64,000 nt of DNA from the IMG/VR virus record IMGVR_UViG_2029527006_000005; one strand, given 5' to 3'. The position numbers were made by a program, and so were the translations under genes. The DNA comes from a virus (taxonomy: Duplodnaviria; Heunggongvirae; Uroviricota; Caudoviricetes). The notes below the pieces were generated by a model. It saw only the letters and a program-made list of their open reading frames with translations, was not told the origin of the DNA and did no database searches. Shown here piece by piece: positions 31,956 to 40,909 of the stretch (the first letter of the stretch is position 1; every line of letters begins with the position of its first letter).

Positions 31956-31984
31956 ATTATATCACATAAAAAGCGGTTTGTCCC
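31956..31984 (-). promoter_or_regulatory. GGGACA-N17-TATAAT promoter (copy 4)
   Basis: GGGACA aaccgcttttTATGTGa TATAAT, upstream of DUF2828. Confidence 0.8.
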
Positions 31985-32111
31985 AAGTTTTTGAAACAAA
32001 CCGCATATTTTTTAGTCTTGTACGTTATACGTTGCTTTTAACTCAACTTTCGTCATGCATGAAATTTCTGCTGGGGTTAAATTCATACTAGCAGGAATCC
32101 AGTACTGGTTA

Positions 32112-33398
32112 TTAATCCTCACATTTGAGAAGGAATTTATTATTAATTACTTTAAAGTGTACTGTTACACCATTAACTTTTGTAACACTTTTATATACAT
32201 CTCCTTCACAAATTTTATGTTTGATAGATGCGTGGTCAGCAGATGCTAGTGCATCTTTAATGCTTTCGTACTCATCAAAGAAATACACGATATCACCCTG
32301 TGGAACTACAGTCAATCCTAGTAGTGCACAAAATTCTTGGAATTCAGCATCGTCAAAGAAACATTTATTATCAATATCCCAAACACGGAACGCAAAGAAT
32401 GTATGTTCAGTTAGTTCTTCACGGTTACCCTGAATACCCATTCCCATACATTCGCCTTGAATGGCTAGCTGACGATCATGAGCTACACAGTACTCTTTTA
32501 GACGCTGTGGGATATCGTCTTTTAGGGCCGCTTTCCAGAAGTGAGATTCTGCATCAAATTTAAGTGCTAGGTTACGAGAACAAATTGCAATCTGACCATC
32601 TTCCCACTGGAAAGGATATGGTTTAACTTCAACGATTTCTAGTTCTTGAGTTTCCTCATTCCATGCACGTACTTCTTCATCCACTTTCTCAACAAAGAAA
32701 TCTGGGTTAGAGAAGAATGCAATAGTTTGGCTAGAGCCATCTAGCTTTAGAGACTTACGGAAACCTACACCTTTCATGGTCTGAGAGTACTTACCAAAGA
32801 TATTCTGAACACGATCTTCATCAGTCTTAGGGATGGTAATAGGGAAGTTACCTGCACTCTTACATTTCTGTGCACCAGTACCGCCATTACGCTCATCAGG
32901 ACGTTCGTACTTAGTAACGTTCAAGAATTCTTCAATACCATAACGTGATTCTTCTAGAATGGAAAGGATGAATTTTTCGTCAAGAACTGCAAATGTTGGT
33001 GCATTGATAGATAAATTTTTTCCAAATTGTTCTGTCATAAAATCAGTTTGTCCAATTTTATACAATTCATTACTAAACATAGATACCGGGAGTGCTAGCC
33101 CTTGACTGACGACACCACGAAGTTTCTTGGTACGAAGACGGAAGCGACGTACACCAGCTTCATCAATCTTATCAGAACTACCAGTAAGAAATGCGAAGGT
33201 TGGGGTTTCTACTGGTACAAAAGAATCAATCTCAAGGAATACACAGTACTGACCAACTTCAAATTCACCTTTCTTGACTACAACATCCCAACCATCAACG
33301 GTTGCTTTTACAATCATATCCGCACCTTCAATCGGCTCAATAGCATTGATTTTACGAATAGTGACCAGTTTTCTTCCTTCTTTGATAAGTTCAGCCAT
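32112..33398 (-). CDS. ATP-dependent RNA ligase, DRB0094/Rnl5 family
   Basis: N-terminal OB domain (PIEGAD..., EIDS, KLRGVVSQGL), PKTDEDRVQN, KLDGSS, SRN, QGE, EG, FKVI. Confidence 0.92.
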   Translation of the reverse strand: MAELIKEGRKLVTIRKINAIEPIEGADMIVKATVDGWDVVVKKGEFEVGQYCVFLEIDSFVPVETPTFAFLTGSSDKIDEAGVRRFRLRTKKLRGVVSQGLALPVSMFSNELYKIGQTDFMTEQFGKNLSINAPTFAVLDEKFILSILEESRYGIEEFLNVTKYERPDERNGGTGAQKCKSAGNFPITIPKTDEDRVQNIFGKYSQTMKGVGFRKSLKLDGSSQTIAFFSNPDFFVEKVDEEVRAWNEETQELEIVEVKPYPFQWEDGQIAICSRNLALKFDAESHFWKAALKDDIPQRLKEYCVAHDRQLAIQGECMGMGIQGNREELTEHTFFAFRVWDIDNKCFFDDAEFQEFCALLGLTVVPQGDIVYFFDEYESIKDALASADHASIKHKICEGDVYKSVTKVNGVTVHFKVINNKFLLKCED

Positions 33399-33651
33399 TT
33401 AGTTTTCTCCAAAAGTGTTTAATAGTTTTGAGAAGAGGGTTGTTTACCTTAATCTCGACAATTTCAATATCTGCTGGTGGTTCTTCATACTTGTAGTACT
33501 GAACACGTTGTATCTTATATGTGATGAATTCCTTCTTCTCAAAGCAGGAAGCTATCACGTATGGTTTATCGGTCCAGTACTGGATCTTTCTTAGTACTGG
33601 ATTGATAACCAATTTTAACCTAGTTTTATGTACTCGATGAATATTAGTCAT
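33391..33651 (-). CDS. Hypothetical protein
   Basis: Overlapping operon ORF. Confidence 0.55.
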   Translation of the reverse strand: MTNIHRVHKTRLKLVINPVLRKIQYWTDKPYVIASCFEKKEFITYKIQRVQYYKYEEPPADIEIVEIKVNNPLLKTIKHFWRKLNG

Positions 33652-34000
33652 CAGTACCGCGTAGGATGTAATATGCCATGTACTCTGCGTGTGTACCTTG
33701 CATTTGATCCTTACGAATCAGTCTACTACCAGAACAAAACATCTTAACACGACTTCTTTGTACTGGATTAGTACGATATATTTTAAAGCACCATCTACTC
33801 AAAAACGGTTCAGGATTTACTACATCTTCAAACGTTTTGAACTTTTTGGACATTCTCGGTTTTGTCATTTCTTTTTCAATTAACGAATAGAAATTATTTG
33901 GTTTAATCAAATGCAACAATTTCCAAGTATATCTCATGTTCAAGAAACGATTAAGATATTTTACATTTCTACGTTTTAACAAACGTCTACTTAGTGCCAT
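33644..34000 (-). CDS. Hypothetical basic protein
   Basis: Overlapping operon ORF. Confidence 0.5.
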   Translation of the reverse strand: MALSRRLLKRRNVKYLNRFLNMRYTWKLLHLIKPNNFYSLIEKEMTKPRMSKKFKTFEDVVNPEPFLSRWCFKIYRTNPVQRSRVKMFCSGSRLIRKDQMQGTHAEYMAYYILRGTDD

Positions 34001-34001
34001 A

Positions 34002-34157
34002 TCAGTCAAGCATCTTAGCGATTTGTCCAGCAGTGAGGTATGCTAATGCAGCACACAACCACCAGTACCAACCATCGGTGTTAGTAATAAACCCATAACC
34101 ACCAATCACTGATAGGAGAATGGCGAATGAGTACTTGAATGCATCTTTAGAGTTCAT
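34002..34157 (-). CDS. Small membrane protein (51 aa, not in ORF track)
   Basis: MNSKDAFKYSFAILLSVIGGYGFITNTDGWYWWLCAALAYLTAGQIAKMLD; AAGGA RBS; fills the gap exactly. Confidence 0.65.
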   Translation of the reverse strand: MNSKDAFKYSFAILLSVIGGYGFITNTDGWYWWLCAALAYLTAGQIAKMLD

Positions 34158-34656
34158 TTATTTTTCCTTTATCAGCGAAGTATATTTGCACATTATACTG
34201 GCAATCAGGGTCTCTGTCAAATGAATTTTGCCAAATATTCAATTTATGTATGAGCATTTTGAACTCATCGGAAACCAACTCGTTTACTTCGGATGAAAGA
34301 GTTGGTGAATAGTCAACTAAGGTTAATGCTTTTAATTCAACCTTACTAAAATCATATTGATTTTTGGTTTCCTGTGATGCTAAATGTGGTACTTCAATAA
34401 CATTTATAGAAAACAAATCAGTATTGAAGCTATAAATGTGTGCACATGCAACATAAGTTACCATGTGAAAAGTCTTTTTAGTACATTCAAGTTGTACCAT
34501 ATGACCATCATACCATGACCAATCTTTTACTGGAAATCCTAATTCATCAAATAGCATAGTAGCATGTTCTTGGTTCATGCCCCAGATAGAATTACTACCA
34601 ACTATAAAATTCATTAGCATATCGAACTGATCGAATACTTCATCGTAATCATTCAT
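34147..34656 (-). CDS. Hypothetical protein
   Basis: ATGA-coupled ORF. Confidence 0.6.
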   Translation of the reverse strand: MNDYDEVFDQFDMLMNFIVGSNSIWGMNQEHATMLFDELGFPVKDWSWYDGHMVQLECTKKTFHMVTYVACAHIYSFNTDLFSINVIEVPHLASQETKNQYDFSKVELKALTLVDYSPTLSSEVNELVSDEFKMLIHKLNIWQNSFDRDPDCQYNVQIYFADKGKINEL

Positions 34657-35240
34657 AGTAGACGCTCTTTTAATAGTTTTGCATGGCGGCGACGTTGATA
34701 AGCATCATGTTCGCGTTTCCACTCAGCATGTTCAGAACGCTCTTTAATGAAATCTACTAATTTCAAGAATGTGTAAGCAGAGAGTCTATAATTAGTTCCG
34801 TCAAAAACCAAATCTGGACGTTGTTTGGACATGTAAAGATTACCAAAAGAGTAATAACGGTTTGAAATCCATACTTCTTCAGTAGTATTAAAATCAAGTG
34901 TATGTGCACCAATTTTATAACTGATTATGCCACGTTCTGCATTTAGAATCAATAAGTTTATGTGCCGATCAGCATCATATGCGATTGGGCGACTGTCATA
35001 CTTACGAAATTCCTGCCATGCGTTACTGTGGATGAATTTCAAACGCGACAAGTACTCTTCTTCGGTTTCATCAGGAGTTTTGTAGTCTACTATTGTCATA
35101 CCACTTTCTGGATCTACATTAACTTCTGGATTACTAACTTTTGGAAATATCTTGTTTTTGGGCCAAAAACGTTGATACCCAATATAGGCTCCTAAAGGTA
35201 ATGAGCCACTAATGATACATGCAATAATAGTCTCTAACAT
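34653..35240 (-). CDS. Hypothetical membrane-anchored protein
   Basis: N-terminal hydrophobic segment; GAGG RBS. Confidence 0.65.
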   Translation of the reverse strand: MLETIIACIISGSLPLGAYIGYQRFWPKNKIFPKVSNPEVNVDPESGMTIVDYKTPDETEEEYLSRLKFIHSNAWQEFRKYDSRPIAYDADRHINLLILNAERGIISYKIGAHTLDFNTTEEVWISNRYYSFGNLYMSKQRPDLVFDGTNYRLSAYTFLKLVDFIKERSEHAEWKREHDAYQRRRHAKLLKERLL

Positions 35241-35248
35241 GGTTTCCT

Positions 35249-35587
35249 CTATTTGGTATGTTTTGTGCTTTCGAAGTACATTGTATCAGTACTGGTCTCT
35301 AGTGTAAAGCTCTTTTGACATAATTTTTCCGCTAGACGGAAACCAAACTGTGTACATAGCTTAGTAATTTCTTCAGGATCGCGTGGGAAACGTGGATAGT
35401 TAATTACACGAATAAGCATCCCTGATTCCTGACCACCAGTGTAGATGTACTCTACTTTAGATACTTGGAAACAAAATCCAAATTCATAAGTAATGCGATT
35501 ACATTCCTGCTGGCAAACATCGAAGTTTCCAGCAATATGTAGATTTGCGTAAAACGTTGGTACTGTATTTTTTAATTCAAAACTCAT
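35249..35587 (-). CDS. Hypothetical phage protein
   Basis: YIYTGGQESG..INYPRFP motif. Confidence 0.7.
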   Translation of the reverse strand: MSFELKNTVPTFYANLHIAGNFDVCQQECNRITYEFGFCFQVSKVEYIYTGGQESGMLIRVINYPRFPRDPEEITKLCTQFGFRLAEKLCQKSFTLETSTDTMYFESTKHTK

Positions 35588-36033
35588 TCTATTGTTACCT
35601 TCTCTTTTTTGAGGCTAAAGCCTTTTCTTGCACTACTAATATCTTTAATTCCTAGGAACTCTTCTTTGAACGATACTAAGTACTTACGAGTATCTAAAGT
35701 TAGGTCACCACGTACTACTTCCGTTTTGTAACTCTCTTTATTATTAAAGAAGGTGTACTTTACGTAGCACTGTCCAAATTTTTCAGAGTTGTAATCATCA
35801 GCGTATACTTTAAAACGGTACTGATCTGTTTCAATCTGAATCATACCTTCAGAGTTAAAGATTGCACGACCATTACCAGCTTGAACCTGTGCCATCATCA
35901 TGAGTAATTCGCGGTCGTATTGACTATTAACGTCTAACACCATTTTGGCTTGTAGTTTCTCGCCAAACCAACCACCATTAATCAAGAATGGTAGTACTAA
36001 TACAGCAGATAAAATGTTTAAAGCAATTAACAT
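35584..36033 (-). CDS. Hypothetical membrane-anchored protein
   Basis: N-terminal TM; GGAG RBS. Confidence 0.65.
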   Translation of the reverse strand: MLIALNILSAVLVLPFLINGGWFGEKLQAKMVLDVNSQYDRELLMMMAQVQAGNGRAIFNSEGMIQIETDQYRFKVYADDYNSEKFGQCYVKYTFFNNKESYKTEVVRGDLTLDTRKYLVSFKEEFLGIKDISSARKGFSLKKEKVTIE

Positions 36034-36089
36034 AATGTATTCTCCATAGGAAATAAAAAAGCCCCGGTTAAGGAGCTTTTATTATTACA

Positions 36090-36311
36090 TTATTCTTCGT
36101 CAGTGTCAAGCACTTCTTTGTACTGTGACCATACGATTCCAGCAAAGAGTGCAATAGCAGCAATCACTAGAATAAAAGTAGGAACAATACTTAGAAGAAT
36201 TGCTACTACCACTGCGATTAGTGCACCGCTTGCAGTACTGAACACGTCCTGTACGCCATCCCAAATGCTGCTGGCTACTTTACGTGCAATACTCATAATT
36301 ACATCTGTCAT
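36090..36311 (-). CDS. Small membrane protein
   Basis: Long hydrophobic hairpin. Confidence 0.65.
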   Translation of the reverse strand: MTDVIMSIARKVASSIWDGVQDVFSTASGALIAVVVAILLSIVPTFILVIAAIALFAGIVWSQYKEVLDTDEE

Positions 36312-36877
36312 TTTTGACCTCTATGTTGTTTGTGACATTTTCTACACATGCTTTTGTAGGATTCATTACCACCCATGAATACTAAGTCTGTGTTATCCAC
36401 CAGCCTAGCTGTCATGATAGCTTTGTTTCCACAATCACATATACTATTAAGATCTTCTAGGTCATCGGCAATCTCTAAGAGATGTGCTGACCCTTCGAAT
36501 AGCTTGCCAGAAAAATCAGTCCTAAGACCATAGCAATACACATCGACACCTAGATTATCCACTATTTCTGCCAATTTGTCAACCTGTTCTTTATTCAAGA
36601 ACTGACATTCATCCACAAAAACTGCTTTGTATTCATCATGGTCTTCAATCTCCATATAGAATACTTCAAGTTCTTGTAACGAATTTGGTTTTATTACAAA
36701 TGCATCTGAATCAATGCCAATTCGGGAAGTAATCTTCCCTTCACTATACCTCGTGTCCAACGATGATGTAAGATACATCACCTCAAAACCACGTTCTTTA
36801 TAGCTAAAGGCTTTCCTCAATAGATCAGTACTTTTCCCTGAGTTCATAGCTGCGAACTTATAGTATAAACTAGCCAT
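36308..36877 (-). CDS. tk: Thymidine kinase
   Basis: AMNSGKS, VDECQF, YGLRTDF, CDCG...CRKCH. Confidence 0.97.
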   Translation of the reverse strand: MASLYYKFAAMNSGKSTDLLRKAFSYKERGFEVMYLTSSLDTRYSEGKITSRIGIDSDAFVIKPNSLQELEVFYMEIEDHDEYKAVFVDECQFLNKEQVDKLAEIVDNLGVDVYCYGLRTDFSGKLFEGSAHLLEIADDLEDLNSICDCGNKAIMTARLVDNTDLVFMGGNESYKSMCRKCHKQHRGQK

Positions 36878-37055
36878 CGTTGGAAATCCTAATACTATCT
36901 CCGTAGCTGTTTATTTTTTCACCATCATATTCAATTTCAACGTTTACGTTCCAGTACTCGTTGTTAGAATAAGGTTCAGCAGTAATACTCACTTGTACTG
37001 TCATATTTTCTAATATCAATTCTTTGATATACGCTTCAATTTCTTCTTTAGTCAT
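36870..37055 (-). CDS. Hypothetical protein
   Basis: Coupled small ORF. Confidence 0.55.
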   Translation of the reverse strand: MTKEEIEAYIKELILENMTVQVSITAEPYSNNEYWNVNVEIEYDGEKINSYGDSIRISNDG

Positions 37056-37258
37056 TAACTTACCTTACTGACACGATCATGATCGCGACAATAAGTGGTT
37101 TCGACAATTTTTCCATCAACTATAGGATTCATCCAAACTTTCTTAGGTGTAACTTTGAAGATTTTTCCCATTAGAAGTGTACTACCATTGTCATGACCAA
37201 ATGCCACGATATCATCAATATTAACTTCTTTTCCGCTTACGTCTTTCGCTTCCATCAT
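37055..37258 (-). CDS. Hypothetical SH3-like small protein
   Basis: KDVSGKEVNIDDIVAF...GKI..VTPKKV. Confidence 0.55.
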   Translation of the reverse strand: MMEAKDVSGKEVNIDDIVAFGHDNGSTLLMGKIFKVTPKKVWMNPIVDGKIVETTYCRDHDRVSKVS

Positions 37259-37589
37259 TATACCTTATTATAGTTCTTTTAAATGTACGATTCCTTTCAT
37301 TGTACATTTCTATTTTTCCATCTTTAAGCAACTTCTGTAAATCGGGGTCTGCTTTCGTTTGAATGCATCCCTTCCCATTTACACGAAGTAAATAACCTGT
37401 TTGTAATAAACTGATTATAGCTTGTCTCCGTATAGAACCAAAAGGTAAATCTCTTATCTTCTGCATTGCTATAAGAGAGGTACTCGGTAGGTATATAAGA
37501 TTTCCATCTTTATCTGTTTTTGTTGTATATGCTTCTGGATTTAACCCTTTAAGAGTGTGACCCCGCTTACTCCAATAACCCCTAGCCAT
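37221..37589 (-). CDS. Hypothetical basic protein
   Basis: Operon ORF. Confidence 0.55.
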   Translation of the reverse strand: MARGYWSKRGHTLKGLNPEAYTTKTDKDGNLIYLPSTSLIAMQKIRDLPFGSIRRQAIISLLQTGYLLRVNGKGCIQTKADPDLQKLLKDGKIEMYNERNRTFKRTIIRYNDGSERRKRKRS

Positions 37590-37597
37590 TTCTTTAT

Positions 37598-38098
37598 TTA
37601 CCTCATATCAGGATATTTTGCTAAAAGTTCTTTAAGTAAAGCCCTTTCTTCTGTAGATTTTTTCGCTAGACGTATTCTTTCTTTTTCATCTTTCTTAGCT
37701 TGTGCTAAGTACTTTTCTTCGATATCTATATAGTTATTTGTAAACGTATATAGATCACCGACATATTGCACTGCCTTGTATTGAATAGAATTACAATCCA
37801 ATTCAATCTCTTCCACACTTGGCATACTACAATTATTAAATGAACCTTCAAAGTTCCAATCGTTACTGATTAGTACTCCATTTTTCAATACCGCAAAACC
37901 ATAAGTACCGTAATAGTACTTTCTATTGTTTTGGATACGATCACCACGTTGCATATGCTCCTGTTGGGAAGTTTTTAACATCACGTATCTTTCAACCTCA
38001 GATAGTGATTCAAAGTTTTCCATGCAAAACTCACCTTCGGAAGCATGATAGTTTTCGTTGTCATCACCTCTTTCACGATGAAATAGCACAGTATACAT
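37598..38098 (-). CDS. Hypothetical protein
   Basis: C-terminal ELLAKYPD helix; coupled ORF. Confidence 0.6.
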   Translation of the reverse strand: MYTVLFHRERGDDNENYHASEGEFCMENFESLSEVERYVMLKTSQQEHMQRGDRIQNNRKYYYGTYGFAVLKNGVLISNDWNFEGSFNNCSMPSVEEIELDCNSIQYKAVQYVGDLYTFTNNYIDIEEKYLAQAKKDEKERIRLAKKSTEERALLKELLAKYPDMR

Positions 38099-38376
38099 TA
38101 TAGCACCTTATTACATAGAACTAGTAATGCCGTAGCATGGGATATTTGTGGTGCAGAATTCAATTCATTCATCTGTTCTTCTACACTACTGTTATAGTCC
38201 AATTCCTGATTTTGTACAAAATAGAACTGGAATGTAATATTCATAGTATCATCACGATTATCACGAATGTAGGTATTCAACTGATCAATACTCTCAACAA
38301 TAGTAGTATCATCTACCATGTAATGATTTTGACCACTAAAGCCATTTAGGATTGAAACGATTAGTACTTTAGTCAT
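38098..38376 (-). CDS. Hypothetical protein
   Basis: GGAGG RBS before MTKVLI. Confidence 0.55.
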   Translation of the reverse strand: MTKVLIVSILNGFSGQNHYMVDDTTIVESIDQLNTYIRDNRDDTMNITFQFYFVQNQELDYNSSVEEQMNELNSAPQISHATALLVLCNKVL

Positions 38377-38713
38377 CGTAGTGACCTCCAAAATAAACTT
38401 TACCTTCAAATCCAAAACGTTCTTTGAATTCTTCTTGTACTTCCATTGTTTTCTTCATAACATCTGTGAAATTCAATTCTTCAGCACTTCCATAAACATC
38501 TAGTACTTCGAATCCAATAACAACATCTTCATCAGATTCATCATAGTGATGTGGAACAATAAAAGACATATTTTCATCATCCATTTCTAACACTTTAAAA
38601 ATGTCTTCAGATGGATAATCTTCATCTTCCCACTCGGAAACTAAAGCAGTAATATCCTTATCTCTCCACTCTTTTACAGTAAAACCTACTACAATCTTTG
38701 CTTCTACACCCAT
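38369..38713 (-). CDS. Hypothetical acidic protein
   Basis: Coupled ORF. Confidence 0.6.
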   Translation of the reverse strand: MGVEAKIVVGFTVKEWRDKDITALVSEWEDEDYPSEDIFKVLEMDDENMSFIVPHHYDESDEDVVIGFEVLDVYGSAEELNFTDVMKKTMEVQEEFKERFGFEGKVYFGGHYDD

Positions 38714-39252
38714 CAGATGATCCCCGCTTTAATAAATTCTAGTGCTTCTTCCCATTTGAATTTCTGCCAAACAGGTTTCCATGTATCATCTGGTACTTCA
38801 GTAATAATTTCAACATGGAGTACATCATCCGTCGTGTAATGAGTTGTATGCAGTTCACCAATCTTCCCATCAATATATCCACCATCGGAATATCCGGGAA
38901 CAGTCAAGATCCAAGTGCCAGAATGCCAATCTACGTAGTTACAGATGTACTCATTTTCCATAAAGTCGCGTAGGTTTGAAACATTACAACCTTGTTCACC
39001 ACAACGGAACCAAGTACCGTCAAATAGCTGAATACGTACTGCACCAACCTGTGGTTTATCTGATGGTGCTAGGGGGTCATTATTTTCAATGTATTCAGTA
39101 CTGATAAAGAACCCACTAGGAGTAGTTTGAATGCCTACTACACGTTCGGAGAAATGGAAGCTGTCTCCGAAATCTTGGGTATAATATCCTTCATGAAACA
39201 CATCTGCTTCAGGGTTTTCCAAGAGTAATGCTGCTAAGTCTTTTGCTTTCAT
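38713..39252 (-). CDS. Hypothetical protein
   Basis: Coupled ORF. Confidence 0.6.
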   Translation of the reverse strand: MKAKDLAALLLENPEADVFHEGYYTQDFGDSFHFSERVVGIQTTPSGFFISTEYIENNDPLAPSDKPQVGAVRIQLFDGTWFRCGEQGCNVSNLRDFMENEYICNYVDWHSGTWILTVPGYSDGGYIDGKIGELHTTHYTTDDVLHVEIITEVPDDTWKPVWQKFKWEEALEFIKAGII

Positions 39253-39593
39253 TATTTCCCTCTGAATTCTTTTAGTTCAAGTGTACTCATTGGTGAGTCA
39301 CATCCGTCATACCAAACTGAGTGGTAGATATCTACTGTTTCTTCTTTAACAATCATACCATGTTTGTCGCACAAGTCAATAAATTCTTGGAAATTGCCAA
39401 ATTCCCTTGTGCCATAAATGAACCCAGCTTCCCATGATTCACCTTCAAAGTTTTTATGATAAATCAAAGTTCCTTCATTGTTAATGAAAAGGTTTACTGC
39501 TTCTAGCTCGTCATAAACATCATCACGTTTATCTTGCGGTACTTCAAATTGAAGTTCTGCCATTAGGCCGTATGTTACTCGTTCAGTACTCAT
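39252..39593 (-). CDS. Hypothetical protein
   Basis: WYDGCDSP motif; coupled ORF. Confidence 0.6.
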   Translation of the reverse strand: MSTERVTYGLMAELQFEVPQDKRDDVYDELEAVNLFINNEGTLIYHKNFEGESWEAGFIYGTREFGNFQEFIDLCDKHGMIVKEETVDIYHSVWYDGCDSPMSTLELKEFRGK

Positions 39594-39793
39594 TATAGAC
39601 TCCCCTTATGTTCGTTTACAAAGTCATATACTTCATCAATACTCTTAAACCAGCCACCGTCGATTTCATCTTCAGTTTCATAGTCTAGTACATCAATTCC
39701 TATATTATCAACTGCATTATCATAGACAACAAACAAGTACTTCTGTTCGTGTTCTACTTCCTCAATTAGTTCATACAAATCATCAATAGTCAT
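39593..39793 (-). CDS. Hypothetical acidic protein
   Basis: Coupled ORF. Confidence 0.5.
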   Translation of the reverse strand: MTIDDLYELIEEVEHEQKYLFVVYDNAVDNIGIDVLDYETEDEIDGGWFKSIDEVYDFVNEHKGSL

Positions 39794-39835
39794 AATTTTA
39801 CCCAAAAGAAAAGGACGCAAAATAGCGTCCCTGTT

Positions 39836-40276
39836 TTATTGTAAATGTTTAAGTTTGTAGAGCGTCCGTTCTACAAATGAGATAATATCCTCTAGACTAT
39901 TAACTGAACCGAAATCTTCTCTGGCTTCTAATAGCTGGTGGATATACTTAGCTTGTTCTACATAAGATTCCAATGTAGGAATTGCTTGCTCAAGTGGAAG
40001 GAAACAATAATCTGTATCCATGCCAATTGGTAATGGTCCTCTTGAGTTCATTAGTCCTTCAACAAATGAATCAACGATTTCCGGTAATTCTTTATAGAAC
40101 TCATCAAGTTCCATGTGTTTTGAATACATACTGCATTGTAAATGCCAGTGATGACCTAAAGCTGGCAAAAATAAACTATTATCAACAAAAGTTAATAATG
40201 CAATATCTGAGTCATCAGTTTGTTCAGTACTATCCACGTAGTCCATCATACTACGCATATCTTCATATTCGTCCAT
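39836..40276 (-). CDS. Dps/ferritin-like protein
   Basis: HHWHL...HMELDEFY...VDSFVE, YKLKHL. Confidence 0.75.
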   Translation of the reverse strand: MDEYEDMRSMMDYVDSTEQTDDSDIALLTFVDNSLFLPALGHHWHLQCSMYSKHMELDEFYKELPEIVDSFVEGLMNSRGPLPIGMDTDYCFLPLEQAIPTLESYVEQAKYIHQLLEAREDFGSVNSLEDIISFVERTLYKLKHLQ

Positions 40277-40307
40277 ATTAATATCCTCATAGAGTTATAT
40301 GAGGTAT

Positions 40308-40709
40308 TTAGTTCTGGAAAGAAAAGTTAACTCCCGATCTAAAATGCTTATTAATATGAGTCATTGTCTCAGATAGACGTTCAAGATCATACGTATTTCT
40401 ATTTCGAATATTCACAATCATTGCATGATCTACATCGGTAACATCCATAAGTTCACACCACTTCTTCATAAAGAAGAGTGTTTTTGGTCTTTTTAGTACT
40501 TCAACTTGTCTTGGGAATCCAATTAAGTAGACATTCTCTCCACACTCTGCGTGATGTACACAGAAATCTAATATTTCATGACAATCAATTGGTTCATCTG
40601 GATTCATGAAGGTTAGATCGTTTGGATATACAGAGGATAATTGAATGTATATAGAGGTTAAATTTTGGAAGAATTCACTTTCTTTACTGAAGTCAATTAT
40701 TTTTGTCAT
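40308..40709 (-). CDS. Hypothetical protein, FFQ-motif family
   Basis: IDFSKESEFFQNLT. Confidence 0.6.
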   Translation of the reverse strand: MTKIIDFSKESEFFQNLTSIYIQLSSVYPNDLTFMNPDEPIDCHEILDFCVHHAECGENVYLIGFPRQVEVLKRPKTLFFMKKWCELMDVTDVDHAMIVNIRNRNTYDLERLSETMTHINKHFRSGVNFSFQN

Positions 40710-40886
40710 ATTATAATTCTCTTTATATTCGCTGACCAACTCATTGCATTCGTTAGTCAAGAATTCATTACTTCGTTAGCTATCGCTATCGCTCATCTAA
40801 CTTGTACTGAATTGGAATATTTCAATTGTACTTTAATTATTGACACGGTTTGTTAGCCAATTCCATCCCCCCACAAAGGAGGGACG

Positions 40887-40909
40887 AAAAAAAATCAGGA
40901 TAATCCTGA
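40887..40909 (-). terminator. Terminator of the candidate ncRNA
   Basis: TCAGGA-TTA-TCCTGA-TTTTTTTT. Confidence 0.75.

Noticed and set aside
32012-32122. Possible 36-aa GTG-start ORF after the RNA ligase (and a 17-aa ORF at 63816-63869)
   Set aside because: Too short, with no recognisable features; cannot be supported without ribosome profiling.
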